From contig CAZQWS010000001.1 of the NCBI GenBank assembly GCA_964597355.1, forward strand, positions 24,279 to 88,278: a stretch of 64,000 nt of DNA, given 5' to 3'. A program made the translations under genes and the position numbers. The DNA is from an uncultured Bdellovibrionales bacterium. Its GTDB lineage: Bacteria; Patescibacteriota; Minisyncoccia; Moranbacterales; UBA1568. Positions 35,539-46,905 of the stretch are shown in pieces. Below the pieces are notes generated by a model. That model did not search any database. It was not told the DNA's origin and was given only the letters and a program-made list of their open reading frames with translations. Numbering within the stretch: position 1 is the stretch's first letter; the number at the start of each line of letters is the position of its first letter.

Positions 35539-38172
35539 TTAGTCCTTTTCTTTACTTTTTACAAACACCACTTTGCCACTGCGTTCCGTCACGTCGATGA
35601 TGCCTTCTTGGCTGAGTTTCCCTTCGAGTAGGTCAAGCGCCAGTGGATCCAGGATCACTGTTTGGATGAGGCGCTTCAGCGGCCTTGCACCATAGAGCGG
35701 ATCATAGCCCTTCTGAACGAGCCACTGTTTGAGTTTGGTCGTAAAGTGGAGGTGAATACCTTGAGTGTTGAGGCGCCCCGTTACCCGTTCGAGTTGGAGG
35801 TCGACAATCGACAACAGAACTTTTTGGGAGAGCGGATGGAAGATTACAATGTCGTCGATACGATTGAGGAACTCTGGTTTGAAGGTAGCCCGTAGCCGCT
35901 CCTCAACGATTGCCTGCATCTTTTCTTCCGAGAGAGTCTTGACTTCACGGTCGAGAGCAAAACCCAAAGCCGGCGCAGTCTGAGTAATCGCTTCTGACCC
36001 CACATTGGACGTCATGATAATAACCGTGTTTTTGAAATTGACTAAACGTCCTTTGGCATCCGTCAAGCGACCATCATCGAGAATTTGAAGGAGAACATTG
36101 AAAACGTCCGGATGAGCTTTTTCAATCTCATCGAAGAGAAGCACACTATAGGGCCGTCGTCGAATCCGTTCGGTCAGCTGCCCGCCTTCTTCATAGCCGA
36201 TATAACCCGGAGGCGACCCGATAAGTTTTGCCGTCGCATGCGGTTCCATGTATTCGCTCATATCGATACGGATAAGCGCGTCTTCATCGTCAAACAGAAA
36301 TTCCGCCAGAGCTTTGGCGAGCTCGGTTTTCCCAATACCAGTCGGACCAAGGAAAATAAACGATCCAATCGGTCGACGTTCATCCGAGAGTCCTGCCCGC
36401 GAGCGGCGAATAGCATTGGCCACCGCCCTAATCGCTTCGTCTTGCCCCACCACTCGCTTTGCCAACTCCTTTTCCATCATGACGAGTTTTTCAGTCTCGC
36501 GCTTGAGCATCTTGTTTAGAGGAATACCCGTTGCCCGTGACACGACAGCAGCGATATCTTCTTCGGTAATTTCTTCCTTGAGCAACATATCCTTCCGCTG
36601 CAAATTCTGAAGCTTCTTCTCGGACGTCTTGATCTGCTGTTCTAAGGCTGGAATTTTGCCATAGCGAATCTCGGCCACTCGATCAAGCTCGCCTCGCCGT
36701 TCTGCCATCTCCGCCTCCCCGCGCAGCTTTTCAATCTGTTCCTTCAGATTTTTCGATCCGGTAATAACATCTTTTTCCGATTTCCACTGGAGCGAAAGCA
36801 CCTGCGAAGCTTCACGGAGTTTGGCCAATTCCACCGCTATTTTTTTTACTTTTTCTTTGCTATCTTTGGTTTTCTCTTTTTCCAACGCGAGCCGTTCGAT
36901 ATCAAGCCGCCGAATGCTTCGTTCTAGTTTATCCAATCCTTCAGGCATCGATTCTATTTCCATCCGCCGCAACGATGCAGCTTCATCCACCAAGTCAATC
37001 GCCTTATCTGGAAGAAACCGATCCGTAATGTAGCGACTCGAAAGCGTTACTGCCGCGACAAGCGCCGCATCGGTAATATTAACCCCATGGTGAAGTGCGT
37101 ACTTTTCTTTAATGCCGCGCAAGATTGCGACCGTATCCTCTTCGCTTGGCTCACTCACGTAAACCGGCTGAAAACGTCGTTCAAGTGCCGCATCTTTTTC
37201 GATATATTTCTGGTATTCCTTCAAAGTCGTTGCTCCCACACAACGTAATTTTCCGCGTGCCAAAGCTGGCTTCAACATGTTGGAAGCATCAAGCGCCCCT
37301 TCAGTCGCTCCGGCACCAACCAGGGTATGCAATTCATCAATAAAGAGAATAAAGCGATCCGCACTCTGTTCGATTTCTTTGAGTATCGCCTTGAGCCGTT
37401 CTTCGAATTCACCCCGAAACTTGGCCCCAGCGAGAAGACTCCCGAGATCAAGCGAGATCACGTCTTTCCCCTTGAGGCTTTCTGGCACATCACCTGACAC
37501 AATGCGCTGTGCCAACCCTTCAGCAATCGCCGTCTTCCCCGTCCCTGGTTCTCCGATCAATACCGGATTGTTTTTGGTCCGGCGTGAGAGGATCTGCATC
37601 ACTCGACGAATCTCTTCATCGCGGCCGATGACTGGATCAAGTTTTTCTTCCCGAGCGAGTGCTGTCAGATTGACGGCATACTTCTCGAGTACTTGATAAC
37701 TCGCTTCTGGCCGGTCACTCTCCACCCGCGTACTGCCCCGGACTTCGCGCAAGATGCCAAGCACCGACTCAGGCGTCAGACCAAAAGATCCCGCCAACTC
37801 TCGAAGAGTGCGAGAAATCTGAAGCAGTGCGAGGAGTAAATGCTCGGTCGATACAAACTTATCCTGCATGGTCACCATAATCTTTTCGGCCTCAGCCAAC
37901 ACCCGAGCGAGTTCTGGCGAGAGGAGGAGTTGGCCCGTATTCCCCTGTTTCACTGTCGGGAGGTGATCCAAGAGGTCGAGTACTTTCCCCTGCAGTACTT
38001 CGCTCTCCTCAGTCAGTCGCTTCACCACGACAGGCACTATCGACTCATCCTGCAAAAGAAGGGCATAAAAAAGATGTACTGACTGAAGTTCTGGGTGTTC
38101 ACGCGAGAGCGCAATTTCCTGCGCTTGCCGCAAGGCTTCTTGGCTTTTTTGGGTGAAATTTTGGATATTCAT
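35539..38172 (-). CDS. clpB: Chaperone ClpB
   Basis: Clp N-repeats, [21 protein letters not shown], coiled-coil M domain, [17 protein letters not shown]. Confidence 0.97.
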   Translation of the reverse strand: MNIQNFTQKSQEALRQAQEIALSREHPELQSVHLFYALLLQDESIVPVVVKRLTEESEVLQGKVLDLLDHLPTVKQGNTGQLLLSPELARVLAEAEKIMVTMQDKFVSTEHLLLALLQISRTLRELAGSFGLTPESVLGILREVRGSTRVESDRPEASYQVLEKYAVNLTALAREEKLDPVIGRDEEIRRVMQILSRRTKNNPVLIGEPGTGKTAIAEGLAQRIVSGDVPESLKGKDVISLDLGSLLAGAKFRGEFEERLKAILKEIEQSADRFILFIDELHTLVGAGATEGALDASNMLKPALARGKLRCVGATTLKEYQKYIEKDAALERRFQPVYVSEPSEEDTVAILRGIKEKYALHHGVNITDAALVAAVTLSSRYITDRFLPDKAIDLVDEAASLRRMEIESMPEGLDKLERSIRRLDIERLALEKEKTKDSKEKVKKIAVELAKLREASQVLSLQWKSEKDVITGSKNLKEQIEKLRGEAEMAERRGELDRVAEIRYGKIPALEQQIKTSEKKLQNLQRKDMLLKEEITEEDIAAVVSRATGIPLNKMLKRETEKLVMMEKELAKRVVGQDEAIRAVANAIRRSRAGLSDERRPIGSFIFLGPTGIGKTELAKALAEFLFDDEDALIRIDMSEYMEPHATAKLIGSPPGYIGYEEGGQLTERIRRRPYSVLLFDEIEKAHPDVFNVLLQILDDGRLTDAKGRLVNFKNTVIIMTSNVGSEAITQTAPALGFALDREVKTLSEEKMQAIVEERLRATFKPEFLNRIDDIVIFHPLSQKVLLSIVDLQLERVTGRLNTQGIHLHFTTKLKQWLVQKGYDPLYGARPLKRLIQTVILDPLALDLLEGKLSQEGIIDVTERSGKVVFVKSKEKD

Positions 38173-38207
38173 AAAGCGTACTTATTTTGCACCTCCACTT
38201 TATCAAA

Positions 38208-38234
38208 TTAGCACTCTCAATGCAAGAGTGCTAA
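38208..38234. promoter_or_regulatory. CIRCE element (HrcA operator) upstream of clpB
   Basis: TTAGCACTC-tcaatgcaa-GAGTGCTAA, a perfect consensus. Confidence 0.97.
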
Positions 38235-38324
38235 TAGAATACTTCTTGATAAAGCAAGGACACCCAAGTAAGCCCTTTTCATTACACCCTCCTTTACTCT
38301 CAACTGCTATCTTCCTGCCTGTAG

Positions 38325-39596
38325 CTACTTTCGTTCTTCGAGACGGAGGGTAACCATCTTGATATCGCCTTTGTGCCAAACTTTGAGTGTTGCCTCCTCC
38401 CCGACTCGCTTGTCAGCGATAGCATTACCTAGTGTGTTCTCGGTATTAATTTCCTTGCCATCAATCTCGAGAATGATATCGTTCTCAATGAGTCCAGCTT
38501 TGTCGGCAGGCGAACCAGGGATCACCGCAAGGTCGGTCATGCGTTCTCCCCGAAGGATGAGCGCACCATGATCCATTTCCAGTCCATATTCTTCGGCCAC
38601 TGCTTCATCAAGCAGTACATACCGTACGCCAATGTATGGCACTGAGAGCCTGCCAGTTGTTTTAACTTCATCCACTACTCGTTTAATCGAATTCACTGGC
38701 AGGGCAAAACCAATATTCTCGGCTCCCTGAGCCACCGCCACATTGATTCCAATCACCCGCCCATCGATATCAAAAAGCGGTCCGCCAGAGTTCCCTGGAT
38801 TGATAGCTGCGTCGGTTTGAATAATATTCTGCAGCGTTTCCGTTTCTCCCAAAGCAGAACCCGCCGTTACACTCCGTCCGAGACCAGAGACGATACCTCG
38901 CGAAACTGAGTTGGCAAACTCACCCAAAGGGTTTCCAATCGCGATGACTGTTTGACCAACCCGCAACTGATCTGAATCTCCCAGCGTAAGAGCAGGAAAA
39001 GCATTGCCTTCAATTTTGATCACCGCAATATCATTATTGGGAGCGAGGGCCAATACTTTGGCCGGATATTCGGTATCATCACTCAGAATCACCGTGTACT
39101 CAGCGGCCGGATCGGACACAACATGTTTGTTGGTTACGATATAACCATCCTCCGAAACAAGGAAACCACTGCCACTCCCTACCTGCTGACGTTCAGTGAC
39201 TCCCGTTTCTTCGCGGAGTTCCTCTTGAAAAAATGGAAAGAAGCCACCAAACGGCGAGCGAAGATTACGGTACTTCGGCACATCCTTGCTGATGACAATA
39301 CTGACTACTGCTTTGCTATTGTCTTCAACTACTCGGACAATTTTCTCGTCTTCCGCTGGAAGTGGGATGCTAGTATGTTCGCTCTTTGTTTCAAGCCCGA
39401 GCTCGTTTTTGGGAGTCAGCGTCCCAAGCCAATGTGGCAGCGCCCCACCTCGGCTAGCTAGTCCGCCGATGATACCTGAGATAAGCGCTACCCCGACGAT
39501 AAGTACCCATGGGGTTCGATAGTGATGACAAGCAGTTGGTTGTGGCACGTAAATCGTTGGCTCTTTTTCTGTTCCCAGTGGAGAAAGGTTACCCAT
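38325..39596 (-). CDS. htrA: HtrA/DegP-family serine protease
   Basis: GSGSGF, VTNKHVV, DIAV, QTDAAINPGNSGGPL, PDZ domain. Confidence 0.93.
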   Translation of the reverse strand: MGNLSPLGTEKEPTIYVPQPTACHHYRTPWVLIVGVALISGIIGGLASRGGALPHWLGTLTPKNELGLETKSEHTSIPLPAEDEKIVRVVEDNSKAVVSIVISKDVPKYRNLRSPFGGFFPFFQEELREETGVTERQQVGSGSGFLVSEDGYIVTNKHVVSDPAAEYTVILSDDTEYPAKVLALAPNNDIAVIKIEGNAFPALTLGDSDQLRVGQTVIAIGNPLGEFANSVSRGIVSGLGRSVTAGSALGETETLQNIIQTDAAINPGNSGGPLFDIDGRVIGINVAVAQGAENIGFALPVNSIKRVVDEVKTTGRLSVPYIGVRYVLLDEAVAEEYGLEMDHGALILRGERMTDLAVIPGSPADKAGLIENDIILEIDGKEINTENTLGNAIADKRVGEEATLKVWHKGDIKMVTLRLEERK

Positions 39597-39628
39597 AAAA
39601 TTATGAAAGAAAAAATTACACAAGAACC

Positions 39629-40687
39629 CTAGTAGAAGAAAAGTGGGTCATGATCGGGATTAGCGATAAGTTTAGCTTCGAAATCTTTCATCGCTTGTGA
39701 ACGAAAATCTATCCGGCCCGTCCCCTGGTCAAACTGATAGTCTGGAAGTAGCACGCGCACCCGATGTTCTCGAATCTGCTCCATAAGCCAATCTGGAAAA
39801 TTTTCTTTGCGGACGAATACCTGACGAAGATGATGCAGACGCTTCCCATCTTCGTTTTTTACTTCTTCTACCAGAATGATGTGATAGCCGAGACTACTCT
39901 CGATAACATTCGTCGGAACACCAATTTTGGCTACATCTACCGGGCTACGCAATTCTGGTGCTAAGTCTTCCAGGGTAAACCAGCCTAAATCACCGCCATC
40001 AGTTTTGGTGCGGCCATCAGAATACTTTTCTACCACTGCCTTGAAAAGAGCATTATGCTTCAATTCTTTATCAGCAGCTTCAATCGTCGCCTTGGCCTTC
40101 TCATTAGTTATCTCTCCTTCAAACTTTTTAGCCAGGGCTTCTTCATACAGGCTAGGAAGTACTACTTTCTCTTCAAAATCACGCATCGTCCATCCATAAA
40201 GCCGCGCGATACTTGTTTCTACCTTATCCGCTGAACCATATTCTTGGAGTCGTTTATCGACATCCTGCCGAGCCTGCTCTCCGGTGATGACAATTCCCGC
40301 TTCTTGAGCCAGCTGCTTCACCACGGCGTCTTCAAGCATTTTATTCAAAAGGTCGCGTTCACGAAGTTTAAGTCGTTGCTTCCCCTCGTCGGTAGAAAAA
40401 TCCACGCGGATACCCACTTGCCCAAAATCTTGAGACTCATAAAAACGTTTGATCGACGTCACGTTTTCAGCCAATACTCGTGACTCCACGATTATGTCAT
40501 TCTCAAGCATCACCACCGGAAACGGCAAGCGCTCACCAACAAAGTGGCCGAACCAGCTATCGGTATAACGGTAGTACGCTACAAAGAACATAGTAACCAA
40601 GATAGCCAATAAACCGCTGATAGCTAGGACAAGTGTTCGAGGGCGAATACGAGTTACAGATGGAGATGATGTATTTTCTTCAGTCAT
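39629..40687 (-). CDS. SurA/PrsA-like peptidyl-prolyl isomerase
   Basis: N-terminal TM, SurA-N helices, GGDLGWF, SSLGYHII. Confidence 0.85.
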   Translation of the reverse strand: MTEENTSSPSVTRIRPRTLVLAISGLLAILVTMFFVAYYRYTDSWFGHFVGERLPFPVVMLENDIIVESRVLAENVTSIKRFYESQDFGQVGIRVDFSTDEGKQRLKLRERDLLNKMLEDAVVKQLAQEAGIVITGEQARQDVDKRLQEYGSADKVETSIARLYGWTMRDFEEKVVLPSLYEEALAKKFEGEITNEKAKATIEAADKELKHNALFKAVVEKYSDGRTKTDGGDLGWFTLEDLAPELRSPVDVAKIGVPTNVIESSLGYHIILVEEVKNEDGKRLHHLRQVFVRKENFPDWLMEQIREHRVRVLLPDYQFDQGTGRIDFRSQAMKDFEAKLIANPDHDPLFFY

Positions 40688-40699
40688 AGTGTTTGGTTT

Positions 40700-41098
40700 T
40701 TATTTACTGGAATGAAAAAACTGTCGCCACCACTTTTGATAATTAGGGATAGTTCCTTTCACCTGAACCTGTTCCTTGGCCTCACTCATCTTTTCCATCG
40801 GAGACAGGACCAAACTCGGATCTTCACGTATAGCCATCACACTTTCCTCTTGCCGCCGCAAACCTAACTTTTTCTTTGCTTCCTGTTCTTGAAAATCGGG
40901 CGACGCGAAGTATTCTATTCGCTCGACTAAAGTCTCGTTTTCACGACGAATTTTTTCTGCCTCCTGTTGAAGTATGTCGATCTCACTTTGAATCTGGGCA
41001 TTTCGTTTATGTTCCTCGTAGCTCCGGTATCCCATGAAGCCTCCACCGATAAGAAGCAGTACTACTCCCAGGCGAAGAAGAATCGGCCGCCAACGCAT
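40700..41098 (-). CDS. Septum formation initiator family protein (FtsB/DivIC)
   Basis: TM, coiled coil, EQEAKKKLGLRRQEE, C-terminal NYQKWW. Confidence 0.8.
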   Translation of the reverse strand: MRWRPILLRLGVVLLLIGGGFMGYRSYEEHKRNAQIQSEIDILQQEAEKIRRENETLVERIEYFASPDFQEQEAKKKLGLRRQEESVMAIREDPSLVLSPMEKMSEAKEQVQVKGTIPNYQKWWRQFFHSSK

Positions 41099-41107
41099 AG
41101 TGAGCAA

Positions 41108-41218
41108 TTAATACATAAAAAGGGGCGCCAACAAAAAGACTACCATCGAAAGCGCCACCAGTGCCGAGACAATGACCCAGGCAAAATAGATTTTTTTATG
41201 ACGCGTTCGAAAACTCAT
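41108..41218 (-). CDS. Small single-TM protein (36 aa)
   Basis: Manual translation MSFRTRHKKIYFAWVIVSALVALSMVVFLLAPLFMY*; fills the gap between dus and the ftsB-like gene. Confidence 0.6.
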   Translation of the reverse strand: MSFRTRHKKIYFAWVIVSALVALSMVVFLLAPLFMY

Positions 41219-41257
41219 AGGCCTGCAAGAATTAGTATACCATAGGCTCGATAGACC

Positions 41258-42295
41258 TTAGAAAAGCTCTACCCGGCTCCCATCTATCCACTGACCCTTT
41301 TCTTTGATAAATTGGCCGATTTTTTCTTTTACTGCAAGCGCCGAATAGGTCAGCATCAGTTCATTCCGGAGTTCTCTGGCCCCCGAGAAACCGACGATAT
41401 AGGCCTGAAAATGTTTTTTGAGGATTTCAAAACTTTTAGTGTCGCCCCAGGTAGTTTCAAAAAGTTCTGTCAGCGCAATCGTGGCTTCCAATCGCTCGCG
41501 CACAGTGACTGTCTGTTTACCTTCGTCAAAGAGCCACGGATTGCCAAATACTCCACGCCCGATCATCACACCGTCACAACCGGTTTCCTCACACTTCACT
41601 CGCGCTTCTCTCACGCTTTTGACATCACCATTGCCAAGGATTCGTGTTTCTGGACTATGCTCATTTCGAAGTTCCACTGCCCGCGCCATCCGTTCCCAAT
41701 GGGCTGGCACGAGTGACATTTCCTTTTTAGTGCGAAGATGGAGCGTTACGGCCGCTGGTTTCGTTTCAAGCACCTTGGCAAGCCAGTTTTCGAGATCATC
41801 CTTGTTTACCCCGAGTCGAGTTTTGACCGACACCGGGATCGGCTCTTTGCCATCAGCTCGCACTCCATCCATAGCCGCACGGATAATTCTTTGGGCGAGC
41901 TCTGGATCTTTCATGCAAGCCGCGCCAGCACCCTGTTTCATTACATTCTTATCAGGACAACCCATATTGATATCAACGCCATCGAAACCAAATTCTTTGA
42001 CGAGCCTGGCTGCCTCAAACATTTTCTCTGGATGTCCCGTAAAGAGCTGTGCCACAATCGGCCGTTCATTTTCGGAAAATTTGAGATCTCGAATCAGCAC
42101 CTCATGTCCTTTGGGATGGCACAAGCCATCAGCTGCCACAAACTCCGTCCAGATCACATTCGGTTTTTTGTATTTCACGATAAATTGTCGGAAGGCATGG
42201 TCAGTCACATTGGCCAGTGGCGCCAACACAAAAAACGGCTTCTTGAGCTCTCCCCAAAACCCCAAAAATGGCTTCTTTCCGTCCAACATAGCCAT
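41258..42295 (-). CDS. dus: tRNA-dihydrouridine synthase
   Basis: LAPLANVTD, TEFV, DINMGCP, SVKTRLG, GNGDV, GVMIGRG. Confidence 0.95.
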   Translation of the reverse strand: MAMLDGKKPFLGFWGELKKPFFVLAPLANVTDHAFRQFIVKYKKPNVIWTEFVAADGLCHPKGHEVLIRDLKFSENERPIVAQLFTGHPEKMFEAARLVKEFGFDGVDINMGCPDKNVMKQGAGAACMKDPELAQRIIRAAMDGVRADGKEPIPVSVKTRLGVNKDDLENWLAKVLETKPAAVTLHLRTKKEMSLVPAHWERMARAVELRNEHSPETRILGNGDVKSVREARVKCEETGCDGVMIGRGVFGNPWLFDEGKQTVTVRERLEATIALTELFETTWGDTKSFEILKKHFQAYIVGFSGARELRNELMLTYSALAVKEKIGQFIKEKGQWIDGSRVELF

Positions 42296-42310
42296 AACAG
42301 AGTATCAGGA

Positions 42311-42367
42311 TTGACAAGTCCCATCAACCCTGATAACTTATAAATCAGACTAAATTAGTCCGATTTA
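42311..42367 (+). promoter_or_regulatory. suf promoter and IscR type-1-like operator
   Basis: TTGACA(42311)-17 nt-TAACTT; inverted repeat TAAATCAGACTA-AAT-TAGTCCGATTTA at 42341-42367. Confidence 0.75.
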
Positions 42368-42774
42368 TGAAAGTATCAAAAAAGTCTTACTACGGGCTAC
42401 GGGCAGTACTGACCTTGGCTCAGGCCAAAGAGACTCTCTCTATCCATACGATAGCGGAGACCGAACATCTCCCCGAGGACTACCTGGAGAAGATCCTTCA
42501 GATTCTTCGACGAGGCGGGGTTGTCGAAGCCAAAAAAGGCACGTCCGGTGGTTACGCCCTCGCCAAGCCTATTGAAAAAATCAACGCCTGGGATGTGCTG
42601 CGCGTCCTCGACGGTCCAATCAAAATGTTTATGCCACCGGTCAAAGGTGAGCTCCCCTGCCTCCAGGTCAGCCACTGTCAGACCAATCAAGTATGGCGAG
42701 TGCTCGAAGAAAAAATAGAACGAACACTCTCTGATATCACACTCCAAAACATCCTCGAATCACCCAAGAAATAA
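42367..42774 (+). CDS. Rrf2-family transcriptional regulator
   Basis: YGLRA, YLEKILQIL, KKGTSGGYAL. Confidence 0.93.
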   Translation: MKVSKKSYYGLRAVLTLAQAKETLSIHTIAETEHLPEDYLEKILQILRRGGVVEAKKGTSGGYALAKPIEKINAWDVLRVLDGPIKMFMPPVKGELPCLQVSHCQTNQVWRVLEEKIERTLSDITLQNILESPKK

Positions 42775-42776
42775 GT

Positions 42777-43493
42777 ATGTTAACCATCGAACATCTCAAA
42801 GTCTCCATCGAAGGGAAAACAATTCTTCCTGATTTTTCTTTTGCCTTTAAGCCGGGTAAGACTTATGTCCTCATGGGTCCGAATGGTTCGGGCAAATCAA
42901 CCCTCGCCGCAACGATCATGGGTCATCCAAAATATAGTGTCGGCCGTTCAAGTAAGATACTTCTTGATAAAAAAAATCTGAAAAACCTTTCACCTGATAA
43001 ACGATCTAGGCTCGGAGTCTTCCTTTCTTTTCAGACCCCGATGGAACTGCCTGGCGTCACTGTCTTTGAACTCCTCCGTCTCGCGCTCGAAAAAAAGTAT
43101 ACGCCCATTAAGCTTCACAAGTTGGTACAGCAGTACGCCAAGGAACTCTCTATCAAAGATGAACTTTTGAAGCGCTCACTCAACATGGGTTTTTCGGGTG
43201 GTGAGAAGAAAAAACTGGAAGCCTTGCAGGCTGCCCTCCTTGCTCCCCGCTTCGCTCTTTTCGATGAAGTCGATACCGGTGTCGATGTCGATGCTCTCCA
43301 AACCATTGCTAAGTTTCTGAAAAAATATCTTCCCAAAGAAACAACCCTCGTGTTCATCACTCACTCCACTCGCTTGGTAAAGTACGTGAAACCTGGTGTG
43401 GTACTCGTTTTGAAAAATGGCGAACTGAAAAAAACTGGTACAGCTCTCCTGGCTAAAAAAATTGAAGCCCAAGGCTTTGATGCTGCCAAATAA
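42777..43493 (+). CDS. sufC: Fe-S assembly ATPase SufC
   Basis: [12 protein letters not shown]...[32 protein letters not shown]. Confidence 0.95.
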   Translation: MLTIEHLKVSIEGKTILPDFSFAFKPGKTYVLMGPNGSGKSTLAATIMGHPKYSVGRSSKILLDKKNLKNLSPDKRSRLGVFLSFQTPMELPGVTVFELLRLALEKKYTPIKLHKLVQQYAKELSIKDELLKRSLNMGFSGGEKKKLEALQAALLAPRFALFDEVDTGVDVDALQTIAKFLKKYLPKETTLVFITHSTRLVKYVKPGVVLVLKNGELKKTGTALLAKKIEAQGFDAAK

Positions 43494-43494
43494 T

Positions 43495-44898
43495 ATGCCC
43501 AAAGCCCAGCAAAAAAATATCAACTTTGACTACAAATACGGCTTTGCGAAGCCGGAACACTCTGTTCACAAAACCGGTGTTGGTTTGAACATGTCCGTGG
43601 TGAAAGAAATTTCCGAAGTAAAGAAAGAGGCCAAATGGATGCAGGATTTCCGCTTAAAAAGTTACGCACTTTTCAAAAACAAACCCATGCCGACGTGGGG
43701 TGCCGATCTTTCAAAAATTGATTTTGACAATATCACCTACTACCTCAAGGCTACCAGTGGGCAAGCCGATGCCTGGGATAAGTTGCCACAGGACATCAAA
43801 GACACCTACGACAAAATTGGCGTGCCCGAAGCCGAAAAAAAATTCCTCGCTGGTGTCTCGGCTCAATACGAGTCAGAAGTAGTGTACGAGAGTTTTGATG
43901 CCGCCCTTAAAAAACAAGGGGTGATTTTTTGTGACATGGACACAGCCGTCAAGAAATATCCAAAACTTGTGCAAGAATATTTTGGTAAATTAATTCCCCC
44001 ACATGACAATAAATTCGCCGCCCTCAATTCGGCGGTGTGGTCAGGCGGATCATTTGTGTATGTCCCCAAGGGAATCAAAGTGAATCTTCCTCTTCAAGCG
44101 TATTTCCGTATCAATGCCGAGGCCTTTGGCCAGTTTGAGCGCACCCTCATCATCGCTGATGAAGAGAGCTCGGTGCACTATGTCGAAGGCTGCACGGCTC
44201 CTATTTATCGTACCAGCTCGCTCCACTCCGCCGTGGTAGAAATTTTCGTTAAGAAAAATGCTCGAGTCCGCTACACGACGGTCCAAAACTGGAGCAAAAA
44301 CATTTACAACCTCGTCACCAAGCGCGCCAAGGCCGAAGAAAACGCCATCATGGAATGGATCGATTGCAATATTGGCTCTGGCGTCACGATGAAGTATCCA
44401 GCCGTTTACCTCACCGGTGCTGGAGCCCGCGGTGAAGTTCTTTCGATCGCTTATGCCGGCAAGGGCCAACACCAAGACGCTGGTGCCAAAATGGTGCACA
44501 TGGCCCCAAACACCAGTTCACGGGTCGTTTCCAAATCCATCTCGAAAGACGGCGGCCGCACATCGTATCGTGGTCTCGTCCATATTGGGAAGGGCGCAAC
44601 TCATGCCAAAGCAAGTGTCGTGTGTGATGCGCTCCTCCTCGACCCGAAGTCCCGCTCGGACACCTACCCTACCATGCGGGTCAAAGAACAAGACGCCATC
44701 ATAGAGCACGAAGCAACCGTAGAAAAGATCGGTGAAGAAAAACTTTTTTACCTGACTTCCCGTGGGATTAAAAAAGAAGATGCCGAAGGCATGCTCGTCA
44801 ATGGTTTCATCGATCCAGTGGTCAAAGAAATTCCTCTCGAATACTCGATCGAGTTGAATAGGTTAATAAATTTGGAAATGCAAGGGAGTGTAGGTTAA
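43495..44898 (+). CDS. sufB: Fe-S assembly scaffold SufB
   Basis: [50 protein letters not shown]. Confidence 0.97.
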   Translation: MPKAQQKNINFDYKYGFAKPEHSVHKTGVGLNMSVVKEISEVKKEAKWMQDFRLKSYALFKNKPMPTWGADLSKIDFDNITYYLKATSGQADAWDKLPQDIKDTYDKIGVPEAEKKFLAGVSAQYESEVVYESFDAALKKQGVIFCDMDTAVKKYPKLVQEYFGKLIPPHDNKFAALNSAVWSGGSFVYVPKGIKVNLPLQAYFRINAEAFGQFERTLIIADEESSVHYVEGCTAPIYRTSSLHSAVVEIFVKKNARVRYTTVQNWSKNIYNLVTKRAKAEENAIMEWIDCNIGSGVTMKYPAVYLTGAGARGEVLSIAYAGKGQHQDAGAKMVHMAPNTSSRVVSKSISKDGGRTSYRGLVHIGKGATHAKASVVCDALLLDPKSRSDTYPTMRVKEQDAIIEHEATVEKIGEEKLFYLTSRGIKKEDAEGMLVNGFIDPVVKEIPLEYSIELNRLINLEMQGSVG

Positions 44899-44904
44899 CT
44901 CTCT

Positions 44905-44977
44905 GTCATTGCGAGCAAAGCGAAGCAATCTCAAAGAAAACAAGATTGCCACGGTCGCTCTACTCCCTCGCAATGAC
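44905..44977. repeat. RPE/REP-like palindromic element between sufB and sufD
   Basis: GTCATTGCGAGCAAAGCGAAGCAATC...GATTGCCACGGTCGCTCTACTCCCTCGCAATGAC. Confidence 0.75.
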
Positions 44978-44984
44978 TAAAGAT

Positions 44985-45560
44985 ATGATTTTCAAGGACA
45001 TCTCAAATGACATTCAAACCACCTACCGTCTCAAAAAGAATGAGCAGGCTGTTTTCTTTGCTTTGAATCGAGGTGGGGAAATTACTGTTGAATTATCCGG
45101 TGAAGGAGCAGCTGCACATGTCTTCGCTTTCTTCATGGGTGGTGGAGAAGACAAACACACGCTCAATATCGTTCAGAAACACCTCGCTCCAGAAACTACC
45201 TCGAGCGCTCTCGTCAAAGCCGTACTCAAAGACAAAGCCGAGTTCCATTACGATGGCACCATAAAAATCGAAAAGGAAGCCCAAGGGTCCAATGCTTCCC
45301 AAGAAAGCCGCAGTCTCATCCTTTCGCCGGAAGCCAGCGCCCATACCAAACCAGCCCTCGAAATTCTTGCCGATGATGTACAGTGCCGCCACGCTGCTAC
45401 CGTGAGTCCTTTGAATGAATCCATGCTGTTCTATGCCAAAAGCCGCGGCCTTAGCGAAAAAGAGGCAACGGAACTGCTTGTCCATGGATTCTTCGGTGAA
45501 GCTTTGGAAAAAATAGAGGCGCTCGGAGTAAAGCGAGAACTTATTCCTCAAGTGAACTAA
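44985..45560 (+). CDS. sufD: SufD, short C-terminal form
   Basis: KPALEILADDVQCRHAATV, LFYAKSRG. Confidence 0.88.
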   Translation: MIFKDISNDIQTTYRLKKNEQAVFFALNRGGEITVELSGEGAAAHVFAFFMGGGEDKHTLNIVQKHLAPETTSSALVKAVLKDKAEFHYDGTIKIEKEAQGSNASQESRSLILSPEASAHTKPALEILADDVQCRHAATVSPLNESMLFYAKSRGLSEKEATELLVHGFFGEALEKIEALGVKRELIPQVN

Positions 45561-45564
45561 TCGT

Positions 45565-46818
45565 ATGTTCAATCCAGAATCAATCAAAAAAGATTTCCCC
45601 ATTTTCGAGCATCATCCCGAGCTCGTGTACTTGGACTCGGCTGCTACCTCCCAAAAGCCCGAGGCCGTGCTTGAAGCTATGCGAAAGTATTATGAGGAAT
45701 TCAATGCCAATGTGTCGCGCGGTCTCTATCCCATGGCTGAAATGGCTACTTCTGTAGTAGAAGCGGCCCGTGAACGTATCGCACATTTTATCGGGAGCGA
45801 AACGAAGCATACTATCTTCGTCGGGAGCGCTACTCATGGGATTAACCTCGTCGCTACCGGACTCCGGGAACGCCTCAAGGAAGGAGAGAATGTCGTGGTC
45901 ACGGCTATCGAACATCATTCTAACTTCCTCCCCTGGAAGGAGCTCGCTCGCAAAACTGGCGCCGAGTTCCGGATAGCAGCAACGGATACAACTGGTATTC
46001 TCTCTCCAGAAAATATTCTCGCCCAAATTGATGCCCATACTCGAGTACTCGCTTTGACAGCCGTTTCCAATGTCTTGGGTCTCGTGAATCCTGTGAAAGA
46101 AATCATCGCGGCGGTTCGAGAGAAAAATCCTGAGATACTTATTCTCGTCGATGCGGCTCAGGCTGTCGGGCATATTCCTGTTTCCGTAAAAGATTGGGAC
46201 ATCGATTATCTCGTTTTCTCTGGCCACAAAACATTTGGTCCAACGGGTATCGGTGTCCTCGCTGGGAAAAAGGAAAGCCTTGAGCTCCTGGGAGCGGTCA
46301 ATGTCGGTGGTGGTACCGTACTCGATCCCACTTGCTCGCCCGTGGAGTATAAAGCACTCCCTGACTCCCTCGAAGGAGGCACCCCCAATATCGCTGGTAT
46401 TATTGGCCTAGGTGAGGCGATTCGCTATATCGAGACACTTGACCTTGGCTCCATTCACACCCATGAAGAACAACTACTTCACTCCCTGGAAACACGCCTC
46501 ACGGAAACGTTTGGGGAGAAAGTAACTGTTCTCGGTGGAACATCAAAAAATCGCACTAGCCTCGAGGAGTCTCGGACGAAGCGGGCGGGCATCCTTGCTT
46601 TTACTCTCGAAGGCATTCACCCGCATGACCTGGCTCACCTTCTTGGCGAAAGAGGGATCTGCATCCGAGCCGGCGAACACTGCGCCAAGCCCCTTCACCA
46701 AACCCTCAACCTCAATGCTTCCGCTCGGGTTTCAGTTAGCATCTACAATACAGAAGCAGATATTGAGAAGTTTATTCAAGCCACCGAAAAAGCTTTGTCT
46801 TTAATTTCCAATTCCTAA
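45565..46818 (+). CDS. sufS: Cysteine desulfurase SufS
   Basis: YLDSAATSQKP, EHHSN, VDAAQ, FSGHK, GTPNIAG, IRAGEHCA. Confidence 0.96.
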   Translation: MFNPESIKKDFPIFEHHPELVYLDSAATSQKPEAVLEAMRKYYEEFNANVSRGLYPMAEMATSVVEAARERIAHFIGSETKHTIFVGSATHGINLVATGLRERLKEGENVVVTAIEHHSNFLPWKELARKTGAEFRIAATDTTGILSPENILAQIDAHTRVLALTAVSNVLGLVNPVKEIIAAVREKNPEILILVDAAQAVGHIPVSVKDWDIDYLVFSGHKTFGPTGIGVLAGKKESLELLGAVNVGGGTVLDPTCSPVEYKALPDSLEGGTPNIAGIIGLGEAIRYIETLDLGSIHTHEEQLLHSLETRLTETFGEKVTVLGGTSKNRTSLEESRTKRAGILAFTLEGIHPHDLAHLLGERGICIRAGEHCAKPLHQTLNLNASARVSVSIYNTEADIEKFIQATEKALSLISNS

Positions 46819-46902
46819 TACCCAATTCCCAACAAAAATCTCAATTTCTGAATTATAATATTAGGCATTTCATTAGAAATTAGGAATTAGATATTAGAAA
46901 TT
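46801..46902. repeat. Inverted 7-mer array pair (YAATTYC / GRAATTA), empty
   Basis: taatttc caattcc taatacc caattcc ... tagaaat taggaat tagatat tagaaat. Confidence 0.75.
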
Positions 46903-46905
46903 TTT

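Noticed and set aside
41418-42314. Long antisense ORFs (also 27482-28348 and 51773-52618)
   Set aside because: Shadow frames opposite well-supported genes (dus, ABC-F, xseA) with no recognisable motifs.
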